A stretch of 226 nt of DNA, from the NCBI RefSeq assembly GCF_003334335.1, contig NZ_QOWQ01000236.1, one strand, 5' to 3'. Below are positions 1 through 226 of this stretch, one piece after another (position 1 is the stretch's first letter; each line of letters begins with the position of its first letter). The stretch is from Escherichia coli (GTDB lineage Bacteria > Pseudomonadota > Gammaproteobacteria > Enterobacterales > Enterobacteriaceae). The position numbers were made by a program, and so were the translations under genes. The notes beneath the pieces are model-generated. The model was not told the DNA's origin. It saw nothing but the letters and a program-made list of their open reading frames with translations, and ran no database searches.

Positions 1-226
1 AGGATCTGACGCCGGGCGAGATGACGGCAGAATCCTACGATGATAACTACCTGGATGATGAAGACGCGGACTGGACCTCGACCGGGCAGGGACAGAAATC
101 TGCAGGTGATACCAGTTTTACGCTGGCCTGGAAACCGGGTGAGGAAGGCCAGAAAGGGCTTATCGCATGGTTTGAAAGCGGGGATGTCAGGGCCTATAAA
201 ATCCGGTTCCCGAATGGTACGGTGGA
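1..226 (+). CDS. V: Phage major tail (tail tube) protein, lambda gpV family; internal fragment, partial at both ends (frame 3, full codons 3..224)
   Basis: Frame 3 is open across the entire window, while + frame 2 has several stops and + frame 1 has stops at 7-9 and 22-24. The 74-aa translation matches, from memory, the lambda gpV segment [74 protein letters not shown] with about 11 substitutions. The leading 'ag' at 1-2 fits the end of a lysine codon preceding D, as in lambda (..VK-DLTPGE..). No in-frame start or stop is present, so the gene extends beyond both edges. Not verified by database search. Confidence 0.9.

Noticed and set aside
21-23. In-frame ATG that could be read as a start codon for the tail gene
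   Set aside because: Frame 3 is open upstream to the window edge, and the residues before this Met (DLTPGE) align with internal gpV sequence. No Shine-Dalgarno-like purine run precedes it. It is an internal Met codon, where lambda has Leu.
12-140. Repeated short motif ccgggc / accggg (12-17, 81-87, 134-139)
   Set aside because: These are short hexamers arising from Pro-Gly and Thr-Gly codons in GC-rich coding sequence. There is no regular spacing or extended repeat unit that would indicate a CRISPR array, REP element or binding-site array.
189-206. Rare arginine codons AGG (189-191) and CGG (204-206) as a sign of foreign origin
   Set aside because: Two codons in 74 are far too few for a codon-usage inference. 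Phage origin is already established by homology.
3-224. Fully open reading frame on the minus strand, exactly codon-complementary to the + strand coding frame
   Set aside because: This is the usual antisense shadow of a real gene. The + frame has a clear match to a known phage protein family, and the antisense frame shows nothing recognisable.
40-226. Alternative + strand ORF in frame 1 starting at ATG 40-42 and open to the window end
   Set aside because: Its translation is arginine-rich and low-complexity, as expected from an out-of-frame read of GC-rich coding DNA. Frame 1 has stops just upstream (7-9, 22-24), there is no convincing ribosome-binding site, and frame 3 carries the homology.

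Overview
The whole 226-bp window lies inside a single protein-coding gene on the + strand (frame 3, codons at 3..224), with no start or stop codon in the window. The translation, [74 protein letters not shown], is one I recognise as a close homolog of the N-terminal tube-forming domain of bacteriophage lambda major tail protein gpV (roughly residues 44-117 of a ~246-aa protein). All comparisons to lambda are from memory and need an alignment to confirm. The most likely context is a lambdoid siphovirus-type prophage tail module in an enterobacterial genome. I see no RNA gene, CRISPR repeat, mobile-element terminus or terminator. The window holds an ordinary, well-characterised phage structural gene fragment, and I find no evidence of a novel system within these 226 bases. 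The only points worth a second look are a near-consensus sigma70 promoter-like motif embedded in the coding sequence and a localised cluster of substitutions relative to lambda gpV.
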